DNA of 64,000 bases from Eledone cirrhosa (GCA_964016885.1 OZ024743.1:262818001-262882000); one strand, 5' to 3'; numbered from the stretch's first letter, positions 26,983-38,960 are shown. The notes: generated from the letters alone by a model not told the origin. Translations and numbers: made by a program.

Positions 26983-28508
26983 ATCGTTTCTGCATGCAAC
27001 TGCCTCACCGAGATAATTTCTAAATATTTAGACACCATCCTCGCCCCGTTGGTCAGCAATCTCCCCTCCCACATCCACAATACAAATCATGCCCTTAGAC
27101 TTTTCAACTCTTTCTCCTTCCCTCCTGGTCACTCCCGCCTTCTCTTTACCCTGGACATCACTTCGCTCTATACCGTCATCCCTCATGATGATGGCCTCCG
27201 CGCTCTCCAGCATGTTTTAGATTTACGCTCTACCCCTTACCCCAGCATTACCACTCTTCTCCGTCTGGCTGAGCTTGTTCTCACCCTTAATGGATTTTCT
27301 TTTTCGGGTGATTTTTACCAGCAGGTCTCTAGAGTAGCGATGGGAACCAGAATGGGTCCAAACTATGCCAACTTGTTTGTTGGCTACGTCGAAGCACAGA
27401 TCTTCTCCCAGAAAGCTAGACTGACTCCTGAGCTATACGGTCATTATATCAATGACTGTATTGGCGCCACCTTTCTATCACGAGAACAGCTCGACTGTTT
27501 TCTTTCTTTTGTCCAATCTTTCCATCCTGCTCTCAATTTCGCCACCTCTGTCTCCAATTCTTCTGTCGCTTTTCTAGATATCTCTCTATCTATTAATCAC
27601 CCTCACCACACCCTCTCTACTTCCATCTACATTAAACCAACAGACTCCCAATCTTATCTCAACTTCTCCTCCTCCCATCCAACCCACACCAAACACACTC
27701 CATACCCTATTCCCAATTCCTCCGTCTTCGTCGACTCTGTAGCCAGGACGACGATTTCAAAACCCATCCCTTCGCATGGCTTCCTGTTTCATCCAGCGTG
27801 GATATCCCTCCACACCTTGATCCAAGCTGTTCTCACCCGCGCCCGTGAAACAGACCGCACCACAGCCCTCTCACCTCAACCCCGCCCTCCCAACACCCGT
27901 GTTCCTTTCCTCTCACCTACCACCCAGCACCCTACCACTCCCGCGACATATCCTCCGTTCCTTCCGTATCCTCTCTTCTGACCCCATCACTTCTCGCTTT
28001 TTTCCAAACCCACCCATTACTGCTTTTAAGTGCATCCGAAACCTCCGCGACCTCCTGGTTCGCAGTTCTTTTTCATCCTCTCACGACTCCACCCGGCTCT
28101 CATCCTTGTTCCCATTCCCGCTGCAACTCTTGTCCCTTTATTTCCACCCTCACCACTCTTACAGACCCTAACGGATCTTTCCGTATCCGCCATTCCATCA
28201 CCTGCACATCCACCCATGTTGTCTATGCCCTCAGGTGTTCCCTTTGCAGGTCTTTATATATCAGACAAACGGGACGCCGTATGGCGGACCGTTTTGCTGA
28301 ACATTTGAGGCACATACGACTCAGTTTGGATACTCCTGTCGCTCATCATTTCTGTTCTCCTGGTCATTCTTCCCTACATGTTTCAGTCCTGGGTGTCCTT
28401 TTACATCATGGATCACAGGCCTCGTGCACCAGGACTGAACAAAGTCTGATTCACCGTCTTGGGTCCTATTCCCATCTTGGACTCAACTCACCTTCCCAAT
28501 TTCTCTAA
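26983..28508 (+). pseudogene. Penelope-like element ORF (RT + GIY-YIG endonuclease), 5'-truncated and frameshifted, Neptune-like
   Basis: LFTLDITSLYTVIPHDDGL; FYQQVSRVAMGTRMGPNYANLFVGYVE; YGHYINDC (YIDD mutated); FLDISL; KPTDSQSYLNFSSSHP; TCTSTHVVYALRCSLC; RFAEHLRHIR..PVAHHF; E..LIHRLG...GLN. Confidence 0.92.
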
Positions 28509-28892
28509 TACCCCGTCCATTATCACACCCCTAGATTCCTATCGCTTTCTCTTTGCTCATAGCTTCGTACTTACATGCACGCACACTCATTTACTCACAT
28601 ATACACACACATTTCTTCTTAGCTTCATACGGACGTATAATAATACACACACACACAAAAACTCATGCTTACGCACGTGTTCAAGTATAGCTCTTTTTAC
28701 AAAACGTTTTTTTTTCTATTTTAGGTAGACGCACTCCATCATCCATTTTCCTAAAAGACAAATCATACACAAAACGCCAGCACCAACAGTTTTGCAAGAG
28801 AAATCAACATCGATGGACTTATTATTTTTATCTAAAGACATTTTTTCCAATTCCATCCTGCCCGTCCCCTTAATCTATTTTAGTTCTCATTC

Positions 28893-28931
28893 TTTCTTCT
28901 GATGAAGGACCAGTGTCCGAAACGTTAAGAC
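28893..28931 (+). ncRNA. Minimal type I hammerhead ribozyme in the Penelope 3' pLTR
   Basis: TCTT-CTGATGA-A-GGAC(CAGT)GTCC-GAAA-CGTT-AAGA: intact core boxes, 4-bp stem II, palindromic ACGT stem III, stem I TCTT/AAGA. Confidence 0.8.
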
Positions 28932-29148
28932 CCTCTTACTGCTATATCAAGCGTTAACGTAATATATACCTTCCATATACTGTACCGATTGTGTTGTTAT
29001 TTCTATAAATTATTGTTGTTATTTCGAATAAATTAAATTACCCGATATAAAAGACACAGAAGCGAAAACCAACCAAACAGTGAGTGTGTTCTGTTATTAA
29101 TTCTGGCAATATTACACAAATATGACCTTCCCCAAGTATAACAATATA

Positions 29149-29186
<38 letters not shown>

Positions 29187-29188
<2 letters not shown>

Positions 29189-31061
29189 TGTATATATAGT
29201 GTATTTTGCAATACACTGTATGCTTAATTAAAAGCATTTCGAAGACCTTATGCTATTGTTTTAGAGTAGTGACAGTCTCACTTACTTTAAATTTTCAGCA
29301 AACAGGGGGGAGATAAAGCCGACAGAGTTATGTTTCGTACTGATTGGTACTTATCAAAGCCAAGTACCCCACCTGTTCGCTGAAAATCATGAATGTTTGA
29401 TTCTTATAGAATTTCTAGTAATAATCGATACAAATCTAACTAATACTAACTTCCTTCATATCAATCTTGACCTACTTACTGCCTCTTTTAAACCTTATCA
29501 TAAACCTAATGAAAATTTAAGATATCTTAAAATTAACCTGTCTAAGACTAAAGTTCTAGTTTGTAGGAAGGAAAATAGGGTGCCGGTCCCATCTGGGAAA
29601 TGGCCATGCTCAGTGTGTAGGAAAGGAGTAGGTAGAAACTCCATTTTATGTCCCAAATGCAAAGTATGGGTGCATAAAAGATGTAGTGGGATCACAGGTA
29701 AGCTAACTAAGAACATAGATTTTATATGTGGCCGGTGCTCTTGTGCAATAAGTAGCAGCAAGTGCCCACAGAATACTAGCTCATTTCATTGCACAGATGG
29801 TTCTATAGAAATAGTGGACAGCTTCCATTACCTGCGTGACAAAATCAGCAGTGGGGGAGGGTGCTCTGAAAGTACAGTAGCTAGAGTCAGAACTGGATGG
29901 AAAAAGTTTAGAGAGCTTATACCACTATTAGCCGCTAAAGGGTTCTCCCTAAAAATGAAAGGCAGGCTGTATGATGCCTGCATACTAAACAGCAATGTTG
30001 CATGGCAGTGAGACCTGGGCATTGTGTGCAGAGGATATACGTAGACTGGAGAGGAACGAAGCTTGCATGCTCAGCTGGATGTGTAATAGTAATATACGTG
30101 AATGGCAAAGCATAAACGAACTAAGGAAAAAATTAGAAATAAGAGGGATCAGATGTTGTTTACTCGAGAGAAGGCTATGTTGGTATGGTCACGTGATGCG
30201 CATGAAAGACGACAGCTGTATAAAAAAGTGCAGGGCAATAAAAATAGACGGTAGCCACGGAGTAGGCAGACCCAGAAAAACCTGGGATGGCTTGATAAAT
30301 TCCGACCTCACACACTTACACCTCTCCAAAACAATGTCACTGGACCGAGATCTTTGGCGCTACACAGTAATAGAGAAGACCCGCCTTACCTAAGTACAAA
30401 GTGAAACTTACTACAGTCAATAGGCACCTCTAACAAAATACACCTCCGGTCCACTACCCCCACCCCATCCACACCACCCCTTTCAATGTAAAGTTATGTT
30501 GGTGCCACAACATCCAGGCCGAAACAAATGAGATCGTGTAGGTGTCACGACAAAAAACACAGTCCACGCTGTAATGTGGCCGTGTAGGTAACACGGTAAA
30601 AACCTCCCAGTTCCACACTGTAAATGTGGTTGGTGTTAGGAAAGGCATAGAAAACCCGCCAGGCAGTCCTATGCAAGCAAGACAACCACTCTTGCCTCAA
30701 GTGGGAAAACTCCCGTCCAAACCCATGCAAGCATGGAATATGGACGTTAAACGATGATGATGATGATGAATCAGGAGCTGATTATACAGAGACCGGCAAC
30801 CGCTCTGTATAATCAGTTCCTGATTATTACTAGAAATTCTATAAGAATCAAACATTCATGATTTTCAGCGAACAGGTTTGGTACTTGGCTTTGATAAGTA
30901 CCAATCAGTACGAAACATAGCTCTGTCGGCTTTATCTCCCCCCTGTTTGCTGAAAATTTAAAGTAAGTGAGACTTTCACTACGCTAAAACAATAGCATAA
31001 GGTCTTTGAAATGCTTTTAATTAAGCATACAGTGTATTGCAAAATACACTATATATACATT
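29187..31061. mobile_element. Penelope-type inverted pLTR pair (arms 29187-29426 and 30822-31061, ~240 bp) enclosing a PLE RT remnant and an RTE 3' end
   Basis: Arms are reverse complements with ~6 mismatches and each carries a hammerhead-like motif. 29427-29525 encodes DTNLTNTNFLHINLDLLTASFKPYHKPNENLRY (PLE RT NFLD..LDL..FKPY.KPN type). (TA)n on both flanks. Confidence 0.85.
29526..30768 (+). mobile_element. RTE LINE 3' part (RT C-terminus with PHD-like finger, 3'UTR, (GAT)n tail)
   Basis: LKINLSKTKV, VDSFHYL, ARVRTGWKKF, MLHGSETW, RRLCWYGHVMR, GRPRKTW; terminal CCATGCAAGCATGG hairpin then GGACGTTAAACGATGATG. Confidence 0.93.
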
Positions 31062-31094
31062 TATATATATATAGCTATTTCAGAACACCAATTC

Positions 31095-31135
<41 letters not shown>

Positions 31136-31136
31136 T

Positions 31137-31167
<31 letters not shown>

Positions 31168-31176
31168 ATATTTATT

Positions 31177-31245
<69 letters not shown>

Positions 31246-31247
31246 AT

Positions 31248-31565
31248 GTGTGAAATAAAGTGTCTTGCTCAAGGAAACAACACAACCTTTCGATTGCATT
31301 GGCCTTGCAATCGAAAGGTTGTGAGTTCAATTCTCAGACCGAGTGATGTGTTGCTTCACACTACTCCAGTTTACTTAGCTGTAGAAATGAGATGATAGGG
31401 ACTGCAAAGTGGTCGTGGAGGCGCCATGGCAAAAAAGCCCCAGCACTCACTGTAAATGAGGTTGGTGTTAGGAAGGGCATCTAGCTGTAGAAATCAAGCC
31501 AGAATCAGTTCCCGTCCCACCCTTGCAAGCAGGGAAAAAGCGGACGTAAAATGAAATGATGATGA
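31248..31565 (+). mobile_element. Rearranged SINE family A copy with an inverted 5' segment
   Basis: 31306-31565 matches family A. 31248-31298 is the reverse complement of head/CORE sequence, part of which is missing from the forward body. Confidence 0.8.
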
Positions 31566-31621
31566 TATATGTGCCCCAGCATGGCCTCAGCCTGTCAGCT
31601 GGAACACAAAATAAAAATATA

Positions 31622-31820
31622 CACAGGGTGTATCAAAAAGAATCATCCGAGTTTATTTACAATTTTCGCAAAGGCTCAATATGTAAATAACTTTATAAAA
31701 ATGTATAAATGTTATAAAAAAAGGTTTAAACTTTACATTCAGACATGTATTGTACAAGTTACCATATGATTATATGGTCATTTATTTAAAAAATATAGCC
31801 TTTTTGATAATGGTTTAATG
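31622..31820 (+). mobile_element. Possible Tc1/mariner terminal fragment
   Basis: Begins CAGGGTGTATCAAAAAGAATCATCCG, resembling a Tc1-like TIR; no partner TIR seen. Confidence 0.4.
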
Positions 31821-31894
31821 TCTATATATATCATCATCATCACTGTTTAACCTCCTTTGTCCATGCTATCATGCATTAGAAATATATATATATA

Positions 31895-33445
31895 AACACC
31901 CAGAATTGCCACCCTCAGTGTAGGCACCCTGAACAGTAAATCGGGTGAAATGGTGGAGCTGCTAGAGAGGAGAGAAGTGGATATATGCTGTATACAGGAG
32001 ATGAGATGGAAAGATGCCTCAAGGTGACTACTGACAGGCAAACAGCATAGATACAAGCTTTACTGGATATGGAATGGTGATGGGGTATGTGGTGAAGGTA
32101 TCTTACTAGCTGAGAAATTGATAGATAAGGTGATAGAGGTAGTTAGAGTAAGTGACAGAATTATCAAGCTTAGATTACTAGTAGGAAATAGAATGGTGAC
32201 ATCTACATCTACTTATGCCGCCTAGACATGACTGAGTAAAGAACAAAAAGACAAGTTCTGTGTGGAACTTTTACAGACAACTTCAGGTACTGATAAAGGT
32301 GACCTCATCATCCTGACAGGCGACTTCAATGGACATATGGGGCAGTACCAGGATGGATTTAGTGGAGTTCACAGTGGTTATGGTTATGGCTCAAGAAATG
32401 AAGAATGATTGAGACTCCTGGAATTCTGTGATGCAAATGAACTAACCATTTGCTACACAAATTTCAGGAAACCAACCAGCCACCTGATCTCATAACAATC
32501 AGGGGAACACAAAAGCCAAATTGATTATTTACTTGTAAGACAATAAGACAAATGAATTGTAATAAATACTAAAGCCTTCCCTGGGGAAGTATGCACAGCT
32601 CAACACAAATTAGTTATTAATGACAAGAAAATAAGCACAAGACAGAACAAGATATGCAGGAAAATATGGAAACAGAAGGTTTGGAAGTTAAAGATAAATT
32701 TGATGAGAGAAGTTACACGCTATATACCTATGATGTAGAAGACAACTAGAAATTCTTGTGTGACAACCTTATGTGAACTACTGACGAGACTAGTGGCTGA
32801 AGTAAAGTACCAGCCAGACAGAGGGGGACCTGGTGGTGAAACAGCTCAGTGGATAGAGCCATCAAAACCAAGAGACAGGTATGGAAAGCCTGGAAAAATG
32901 GGAGTACCAGAGACCGGTACCAGGTAAATATGAGAGAAGCTAGGTGACAGGTATACACAGCTCGGAGAGAGGTTGAAGAAAGAAAGTTTGTCTATGTCTT
33001 GAAACGTGAGGATCAGAGATGTGATGAGTTCCACATTGTAAGGCAGTGTGTCAGTGTGAATCTTGATGTTGTCGGGGAAAAGTGCGTTAGAAACGACACT
33101 GATGTATTTAGCACCACTGATGCTCAAGAGAAAGAAGACTGGAAATGTTACTATGAGAGACTGATGAATGTAGAGAACAAATGGGAGGAAGAGAAACTAC
33201 CCCAAACCTACCCAACAGAAAGGCCAGCCATTGAAGTTGACAGTTATAGGGTTAAAGAAGCAACCAAAGAGATGAAAAATGGTAAAGCTGTGTGACCATC
33301 AGAGATAGTGTTGAGATGCTAAAAGCATCAGAAGTAGGAGTAAAACTAATAACCTGCATAGTCAACCAGGTAATACAGGACGGTGTCATACCCAATGACT
33401 GGCACAACAATACAATCATAAATTGCTACAGGTGCAAAGGTGATG
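31895..33445 (+). mobile_element. Decayed RTE LINE 5' half (APE endonuclease + linker + RT start)
   Basis: VDICCIQEMRW, S.RII, YA(P), GDFNGH, QIDYLLV, QHKLV, TWW*N, IPNDW; many stops. Confidence 0.88.
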
Positions 33446-34478
33446 CCCCATCTAGTGGATTCCAGCAAAAGCAAAGGGTGGGTAACTGACGATGTCATCG
33501 TTTTTTACTCTGGTTGTCATCAAATCAGTGCTCCCTTACACTGCTCTTTGCTGGAACTTGATATAGTCAAAAACACATAGTTTGGACACCTATGTACATG
33601 GGCTGATTAGCCTCATTTGCATATAGAGTTATCAGCTGGCTCAGCCAAAAAACAGAATTAAGGTGTTAGCTCTAACATAGCTGTATATAAGTATGTGTAT
33701 TTTGTATTCGTAAACATACCGTATATCATTAGATACACAAAATACGCATACTTATATGTATACAGCTTGTCTTTTTCTAAAGCAGCGGTGGTGATTTGAG
33801 TGAGATATGGCTGCTATTTCTAGCAGATTCTGTGGTCATAGATGCTCATTTATTAGCTCAGTAAGGATAGTTGATGGTGGTGTAGTTTGTTGAGTGTTTC
33901 CATTGGATTTGTTCAAGTATGTAGCAGTTAAAATTTGATGTCCCACTTATCTGTGTTCCGATCCACCCAGCTTCACTACCAACTTAGCCAAAACTGGCTC
34001 TAGTCCCACCCATTTTAAAAGTTTCCAATCTAATTTAAAATCTTCCAACATAATTTTATGTAAGAACCTTACATTAAGTTACTATCTTAGTAATGAAATA
34101 ATTAATAATTTTAGTAAATCTCTCGAAATTCTTCATTAATTAATTAAAATAGAGTGTATTTCATTAGAAATGTAATCATGAAAGGGTTAATATTTCTACT
34201 GACTGATTGGTTGAGCTGTCAAAACTTCTCACCTGCAATATATTCTTAGTATTCTAGCAGGCTCAACCCCCCCTACCTCCACCACCACACACACCCTAAA
34301 AATCTTTGCTTGTTTCTGCCGGCATGATTTGGCTGCTATTTTTAGCATGTCAAGCAACGATATAGAGGATCCTTAATTGTTTTGTGATTATTGTTGTCTT
34401 TTAACCTCAGTTCAACCCTGAAGTTCTGTCCTGGGACTGACCTGGTACAAAACAATGATATCAACTACAACAAGAGGT

Positions 34479-34663
34479 CAAGGCCAAATTAAGTCCCCTC
34501 GAAACCCTTAACACTTAAAAGATTATGGTGTTCACCCCATATATAAAGTCAGGAAAAAAATTTTGTTTCGGAATGACAAATACATTTAATTTGAATAAAA
34601 TTATGTCCCTCTTCCCTTGCCCTAAATATGTGTTTATTTTGCTTCATGGTTAATCCAGCTCTG
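34479..34663. mobile_element. Possible old hAT-type MITE
   Basis: Ends CAAGGCCAAATTAA and TTAATCCAGCTCTG resemble CAGGGCCGGATTAA-type TIRs; heavily diverged. Confidence 0.4.
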
Positions 34664-35119
34664 CAAGAGGTGTACAGAGATAGAGAGGACACTGAGAAAG
34701 TAGAACTTGTCCAGACTATAATAATGCATTTCTTCAAATCTAGTCTAATTTAAGGCCGCCCTCTGTCAAGGTTAACATTGTATATGTACCTGGAAGGTTC
34801 TTATTCATAGTGTGAAATTGGGAAGACAAGAGTTGCCATGCAGCATGTCTTCCTTCTTCATGCTACTGATGATGTCCAAAAGAAAGGCAATGTTTGATAC
34901 AATTTTACACTACTGAAGCAAACACTGCTCTAAGAATCCCTCCAACAGTAGGTAACCATTGTATAGTCTTCAGCTAGACAATGGTCTGGTATTTATTTCA
35001 TCCTTGAGCCCTAAAAAATCTGATGGACTAATAGGGGTGCTGTTGTGACACTTGGTATATTTTGGGCATTTTAAAACTAATATAACCCATCCCTCTCTAG
35101 ATCTAACTGCAGCAGCAGC

Positions 35120-35170
<51 letters not shown>

Positions 35171-35176
<6 letters not shown>

Positions 35177-35412
35177 ATGAACAACATAAAACAATTATTC
35201 CATTTACCAAAGGTTTCACGAAGACAGGCGAGCTCAACAGACATGTCTAAAACGCTCATCAGAATAAAAATTTAATATGGACGTAAGATATGAAAATAAA
35301 AACAAAGGCTATTACAATTGAAAGCCTCGCTTTCAAACATCTCTGTTGAGCTCGCCTGTCTTCATGAAACCTTTGGTAAATGGAATAATTGTCTTATGTT
35401 GTTTATTACATA
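35171..35412. repeat. ~84-bp inverted repeat (pLTR fold-back) containing a hammerhead motif on the minus strand
   Basis: Arms 35171-35254 and 35328-35412. Minus strand 35269-35198: TTTTATT-CTGATGA-GCG..AGACA...TGTCT.CGT-GAAA-CC(TTT)G-GTA-AATGGAA. Confidence 0.75.
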
Positions 35413-36002
35413 ATTAAATAGCTCTGTAGCATACATAGAGCACTCTCCCTTCCCTTACCCTTCCTACAGAAATACTTCATATATATAGAGAGAGAGAGGG
35501 GGAGGGAGAGAGGTAGGGGGTCAATTCCAATTTTCTCCCAATACAGCAAATACCAAATCATATATGAGAGAGAGGAAGTTCATTCATTGAATTGATACCA
35601 ATATATCACTGGTATCTATTATATTAATTCTAGGGAAATTTAACAGCAAAATGAATGACTAAATAAATAGAAATTCCTTCTCTTTCCCAGCAGAAATTGA
35701 ACTCAGAAAGAATGAATCTGGCACCATATCATACCTGCTAAACTCACTCATTAAGGGACAGACACTATTATCCTGGATATGTAATTACGATGTTGATGGT
35801 GTGACTAATACTATCGAATATATAACAGTCAATGAACAAGATCCTAGACCTCATTCACTTAACAAGTGGGGTGGAGCTTGTTAAAGCGGACCATGGAAAC
35901 AATGTTTCCATTGGTCTTTCCAATTGTAAAGGGCCATAACTCTATGCCACAAAGCATGTTGTCTGATGCTCTACCAATACTGTCAATCCACCACCAGTGA
36001 GG

Positions 36003-36130
36003 TAATAATGATGACTATTTCAAAAATGATGATGATGATGCTGGTGATGACAATGACAACGATAATAATGACAATGACAACAATAACGATGACAACAATG
36101 ATGAAGATGACAATGATGATGATGATGACA

Positions 36131-36173
<43 letters not shown>

Positions 36174-36290
36174 GAACAACAACGATGCCTAGAGGATTAT
36201 GATTGCCGTGGTGGCGACAATAATGATAATTACAATGGGGATTTCATTGATAATGATGATGATGATGATGTTAATGATGATGACAACAAA
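36003..36290. repeat. (GAT)/(GAC/AAC) trinucleotide low-complexity tract
   Basis: Read directly. Confidence 0.85.
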
Positions 36291-36545
36291 GCTACTTTTA
36301 ATCTCTCTTCTCTGTAATTAATTGCTGTTCCATGATATCAATTTACCACCACAAACACCATTATCAACATAAGTGAAGTTTGGGTAGGGTGTATGGGGTG
36401 GGGTTTCAAGGGTGTAGGGATAAGGAGGCCTTCAGAATCCTGACCAGATAACATTGGACCTCAGTGTTGTCAGGTAATATAATGCTGTCTATAACAAAAC
36501 TGTTACTATATATTACTTGTGAGTGTCTATGTATTTGTGTATGTA

Positions 36546-36597
<52 letters not shown>

Positions 36598-36699
36598 TAT
36601 ATATATATATAGGTGTAGCATGTATGTACACACACACACACACACACATATCGGGAACAAGCCGAAGTTGAAGCATATAGACAATATGCCCTCATTCCC

Positions 36700-36973
36700 T
36701 CCCACTGCAAAGTGGTCGTGGAGGTGTCACGACAAAAAAAGCACCCAGCCCACACTGTAAAGTGGACGTGTAGGCGCCACAGAATAAAAGCACCCAGCAT
36801 TCATTGTAAATGAGGTTGGTGTTAGGAAGGGCATCCAGCTGTAGAAATCAAGCCAGAATCAGTTCTGTATGGACAAGACAAGGTCACCCGACCTGACATT
36901 GCCCACAACAGGACAACCCATGCTAGTGTGGAAGAATGGACATAAAACAGTGATGATGATGATGATGATGATG

Positions 36974-36975
<2 letters not shown>
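36700..36975 (+). mobile_element. 3' tail of SINE A / RTE 3'UTR with duplicated internal module
   Basis: CACTGCAAAGTGGTCGTGGAGGTG...GTTAGGAAGGGCATCCAGCTGTAGAAA...(GAT)n. Confidence 0.75.
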
Positions 36976-37028
<53 letters not shown>

Positions 37029-37339
37029 CAGAAAGCTGTGGGTGGTGTAGATGAAGGGTTTATAGGAGTAGTTCAAGTCATGTACAGAGGTGCAATCAGC
37101 AAGGTGAGAAACAGGAATGAGTACAATGAGTAATTTAGCATACGAGTAGGGGTACATTTATGTCCAGTCCATAGTTTGGAGGACTGTATGACCTTTGGAA
37201 CTGCCTATGGAAACTCCTGTATACTGGTGATCTAGTTCTCAAAGCAAAAACTCTAAAAGAGCTTGAAAAGAAATTCCAGAATCAAAATCTGGAATCAAGG
37301 AGAGAAGATAGGATTCTGGTATCGTCAGAGTGACCCTGC

Positions 37340-38075
37340 TCCATATGCAGTAATTCTAGTGTAACCTATGGACACATGAGATATATAGTGATATTGTAGG
37401 TAGACTAACAGACAAGATAGATTTTAGATGTGGTAGTTGTACTGGCATAGTTAGCAGTAAGACATACAAAGGAAATTCCTTCAAAAGCTTGTAAGACACT
37501 CTAGAAATGGCTGATAGCTCCTGCTATCTAGGTGATGTTATCAGTAATGGAGTTGGGTGTACTAAAAGCATAATTCCCAGGATATAAAACAAGGTGAAAA
37601 ACTGTTCAAGGAGCTATTACCTCTGCTGGCAACAAAAGGTTTTTCTCTCACAGTGTTGGGTAGATTGTATGATACTTGTACTGCAATGAAGTATGGTAGT
37701 GAAATTTGGGCCTTGAATGCAGAAGATCTGATGCAATTGGAAAGAAATGAGGTGAATATGCTATAATGGCTGTGTAATGTTAGTAGATATGAATGATGGA
37801 GTACAGAAGAGTTGAGGGGAAAATTAGGTATAAGAAGAAACAGTTATAATATAAAAGATAGAAAGCTGTGCTGGTAAGGACATGTGATGAATATGTTGGG
37901 TGTCAGTTGTATAAAGAAGTGCTAGGTCCTGGAAATTCATAGAACCCATGGAAAAGGAGGATTTAGGAATACATCGGATCAAATGGTGAAAATTAACTAT
38001 CTTGGTAGAGATGACAAAGGATCATGAAGATTGGTGGCATGCAATGCAGGAGAGGACCTGTTCATCAATACAAGC
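37340..38075 (+). mobile_element. Old RTE LINE 3' fragment
   Basis: CYLGDVISNGVGC, KELLPLLATKGFSL, YGSEIWALNAEDL, ERNE, GHVM; many stops. Confidence 0.75.
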
Positions 38076-38909
38076 AAGCTACTCTCTCTACTCTTATCAT
38101 GCTTCTTTCTCTTAATCCATTACACACACTCCTTTTATTCTGTCATCGACCTTCTCTATTGTACTTCTGTATAATGCTAGCTTGCAGCAATTTTTGACTA
38201 AAATCACTTCCTAAACCTTCATTATTAATAATTATTATCATTATACCTTTCCTGTCATCATTCATCTATCTCTCTGACTATCTCAGCCATCATTCCCCAC
38301 GCATAACCCTCTCTCTCTCTCTTCTTGGTCATGGCATCTCCTACTGCTGGACATTATTTTCAAATTCCACCCAGGTTAACTTTGCCTTTCATCCTTACAG
38401 GGTCGATAAAATAAAGTACCAGTAATGTACTGTGTAATTGCTGGCCTTGTGCCAATAGTAGAAACAATTATTACCCTATCACTTTCTTGTTGTACACCTC
38501 CCACTCAATATGGCCCTGTCACTGTGATGCTGTCCAGAGCTCACCAACCTTCTTCACTCTTCCTGCTGCTATATAGCCAACCTCTTACTCAGTCAACATT
38601 TGGCCCCACTGCACTCAGGACCATACATCTGTGTCCACCTTAGCCAGACCACTTCCTCTCCTCTCTATCCTCACTATTGATCACACTGAGTTGGTACAAG
38701 GCACCCACCTCCTAGCTATATATATAATTGGCAGTAGCACTAAGATAGCGTTAAGCATAGTAGGTGTGTACATGAAAGCATATACTATATGTTTATATAT
38801 AATAAACAATTGAGAGCCTCTCTATAAAAAAATATAATTGTTCATTACGAACAAATTATTTTTCTCATTTGTTATGTGAACATGTCACAGATATGCCAGT
38901 GGTTTTTGA

Positions 38910-38960
38910 GAATGCCAGGCAGCTGTTTCAAGATTTGTTAATCTCTCATCAGTGATATTC
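38910..38960 (-). ncRNA. Hammerhead-ribozyme motif (Penelope pLTR remnant), cleavage triplet mutated
   Basis: Minus strand GAATATCA-CTGATGA-GAGATT(AACA)AATCTT-GAAA-CAGCT-GCC-TGGCATTC: stems I and II pair, stem III is palindromic, GUC has become GCC. Confidence 0.7.
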
